From Octopus bimaculoides (taxonomy: Eukaryota), in assembly GCF_001194135.2 (NCBI RefSeq), contig NC_068988.1, forward strand, positions 37,874,351 through 37,908,367: 34,017 bases of DNA, written 5' to 3'. Position numbers and translations under genes: made by a program. The notes under the pieces are model-generated. The model saw only the letters and a list, made by a program, of their open reading frames with translations, ran no database searches and was not told the DNA's origin. Below are positions 31,263-34,017 of this stretch, one piece after another; position 1 is the first letter of the stretch, and every line of letters starts with the position of its first letter.

Positions 31263-31943
31263 CACAGTATCAGATGAGTAGGTATAAAAAGGGTTAATTT
31301 GTAGTGTTGTACCAACATTATAAATTGGAATTAACATAAACAAAAGCAGAAATTGTCGTCTTTGTGATCACAGTGGTGAAGGTAAGTTTTTGATCTTACA
31401 TGGTATTAATAGAGTTCTTGGAACTATGAAGACGTAAGGTGATGGTAGTTACAGTCAAGATATTGATATTAATGACAAAAGTTCAGAGAAATAAACTTTT
31501 GTCATTAAATGGTATGCAGCTTGTAAGTTCAAAAGAGCAGAAGCCATTACAGTACTATTTGAAAAGAAAGAAGGAGGAAATGGAAATATCAGTGATGAAG
31601 GAATCAACAAGCTTGTCTTCATGGTGGAAGAAATAGAGTTTACAATTTACAGTTTACAATGTCTGTATGTGTAACAGCTGCATGGGAAACATAAACTGTT
31701 TAAAATTTTGAACTTTCTCGTATTTTCTATCGTTTACTTGTTTCAGTCATTTGACTACGGCCATGCTGGGGCACTACCTTTGCAGGTAGTGGTACTTATT
31801 CTATTGGTCTCTCTTTTTTTTTTTTGCTGAACTGCTAAGTTACAGGGACATAAGCACACCAACACTGATAGTCAAATGGTGGTGGTGTATATATATATAT
31901 ACATGTGTGTGTGTGTGTATGTATATGTATATATATATATATA

Positions 31944-32162
31944 NNNNNNNNNNNNNNNNNNNNNNNNNNNNNNNNNNNNNNNNNNNNNNNNNNNNNNNNN
32001 NNNNNNNNNNNNNNNNNNNNNNNNNNNNNNNNNNNNNNNNNNNNNNNNNNNNNNNNNNNNNNNNNNNNNNNNNNNNNNNNNNNNNNNNNNNNNNNNNNNN
32101 NNNNNNNNNNNNNNNNNNNNNNNNNNNNNNNNNNNNNNNNNNNNNNNNNNNNNNNNNNNNNN
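31944..32162. other. Assembly gap within a (TA)/(TG) microsatellite
   Basis: Run of N. Confidence 1.
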
Positions 32163-32179
32163 ATATGTATATTTATGTA

Positions 32180-32406
32180 TGTACCCAGTGTAAGCTATGG
32201 ACACATAAGAGATGCAGCAATATCAAAGGAAGGCTAACTAGGAAGATAATTTTTGTATGTGGCAGATGCTCAGGAGCAATAAACACTGAAAATGTGCAGA
32301 GAACAAGTTCTGCCACATTCCAAGGAGAAAAACTAGAAGTAGTTGGTAGCTTCTGTTACCTAGGTGACCAAGTCAATAGCAGGGGAGGGTGTGCTGAAAG
32401 TGTAAC
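32180..32406 (+). pseudogene. RTE-clade LINE ORF fragment
   Basis: CTQCKLWTHKRCSNIKGRLTRKIIFVCGRC..GEKLEVVGSFCYLGDQVNSRGGCAESV. Confidence 0.85.
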
Positions 32407-33472
32407 GATCACGCTCAAATGGTGCTATTTATGTGCCATCGGCACGGAAGCCAGACAGCTGGTGCTCTGGCAACGATCACACTCGGACGGTGCTCTTAGT
32501 GATTTACTGGTACAGGTACCATCACGATTTCGCTTTCGCTTGCTCCAACAGGTCTTCGCAAGCCGAGTTTAGTGTTCAATGAACAGACGTTGGCATGGGT
32601 GCCAGTCTACAAATTTAGTTCGATTTTGATTTCGATTTCACTTGCCTCAACAGGTCTTCACAAGTAGAGTTTAGTGTCCAATGAAGGAATGTTACGCGTA
32701 AGTGGGCTGGCTACATCCCTGGCAGAGGCCTTGGATTTTGGTCTCACTTGGCTTGCCGAGTCTTCTCACGCACAGCATATTTCCAAAGGTCTTGGTCACA
32801 AGTTATTGCCTCAGTGAGGCCTAAAGTTCGGAGGTCATGCTTCACCACCTCATCCCAGGTCTTCCTGGGTCTACCTCTTCCACAGGTTCCCTCAACTGTT
32901 AGGGTGTGGCACTTTTTCACACAGCTATCCTCATCCATTCTTGCCACGTGTCCATACCAGGGCAATTGTCTCTCTTGCACACCACAACTGATGCTTCTTA
33001 TGTTCAACTTTTCTCTCAAGATACTTACACTCTGTCAGGTATGCACACTGACATTACTCATCCATCGGAGCATACTGGCTTCATTCCTTGCGAGCTTACG
33101 CATGTCCTCAGCAGTCACGGCCCATGTTTCACTGCCATGTAGCATGGTTGTTCGTACACATGCGTCATACAGTCTGTCTTTTACAAAATGAGAGGCCCTT
33201 TGTCGCCAGTAGAGGTAAGAGCTCTGTGAACTTTGCCCAGGCTATTCTTATTCTAGCAGCTACACTTTCAGTGCACCCACCCCCACTACTAACTTGGTCA
33301 CCCAGATATCGGAAGCTATCAACTACTTCCAGTTTTTCTCCTTGGAATGTGACAGAAGTTATTTTCTGCACATTTTCAGTGTTTATTGCACCTGAACATC
33401 TGCCACATATAAAAACTAACTTCCTAGTTAACCTGCCTTTGATATTGCTACTAACTTCCTAGTTAACCTGCC
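32407..33472 (-). mobile_element. 5'-truncated RTE-clade LINE: RT C-terminus (stop at 32744-32746) plus a repetitive 3' UTR lacking its tail
   Basis: LEVVDSFRYLGDQVSSGGGCTESVAARIRIAWAKF and QLPWYGHVARM..VEGTCGRGRPRKTWDEVVKHDL..DQDLWK. The UTR has direct repeats CAACAGGTCTTC.CAAG..GAGTTTAGTGT.CAATGAA at ~32526-32582 and ~32628-32685. A 35-bp duplication lies at the 5' junction. Confidence 0.92.
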
Positions 33473-33864
33473 TATATATACATAAATATATATACATATA
33501 AAAAGTAAAAAGTAAAAGAGTCAAAAGGAAGAGTAAGTACGGTTAGGCAGCTTTTTAATAATCACTACAAATGTTTCGATACATACAGGTCCACGTAATA
33601 CAGTATTTAAATTTAAATTTAAATTTAGATTATGTAATGATTTACCTCTATAAGAAGATCTATATGTATCTCCTCAGGCGATATTCTGTTGCTGTCTCCA
33701 TAAGTAAATCTAGATTTCCATGCTACAACATCCATGGCTCCCCTTGAATACCTAAGACTAGAATTGGTAGCATACCATAATAATACTACCAGCTATTTGG
33801 GAATTCTAAGGGTGAATGAGCTCTATTTGTACTCTAATACGTTCTTAGCAGAACACAGCTCAAC

Positions 33865-33959
33865 TATATATATACATATATATGTATATATACATACACA
33901 CACACATGCATATATGTATATATAGATATATATATAGATATATATATAGGTGTGTGTGA

Positions 33960-34017
<58 letters not shown>
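33865..34017. repeat. Compound (TA)n/(CA)n/(TG)n microsatellite
   Basis: Direct reading. Similar tracts occur at 7632-7661, ~19838-19870, ~22377-22418 and ~23544-23565. Confidence 0.95.

Overview
This is repeat-rich animal genomic DNA with five assembly gaps. It is most likely from an octopus (coleoid cephalopod), inferred only from my recognition of the SINE and MITE families. I found no intact host gene, rRNA, tRNA gene or CRISPR array. The window has two very different domains. (1) About 1-11.1 kb is a SINE-free patchwork of decayed coding fragments from unrelated transposon classes, all on the minus strand. It holds two Tx1/L1-clade ORF1 copies with an endonuclease stub, three Penelope-like pieces, a hAT dimerisation domain, and Helitron Rep and Pif1-helicase pieces. 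Several joints show microhomology or ~30-nt duplications, and some preserve reading frame. A candidate type I hammerhead ribozyme lies in nested inverted repeats at 3.0-3.5 kb. At the head of the domain is a short LTR with a tRNA-Trp primer-binding site and a CCAAT/E-box/TATA cluster pointing into the patchwork. (2) About 11.1-34 kb is ordinary SINE/MITE/microsatellite-rich DNA with CR1-, Tigger- and RTE-type relics, a ~1.1-1.3 kb tandem duplication and a ~920-bp fold-back palindrome. Most repeat boundaries were set by eye and are approximate. No database searches were run.
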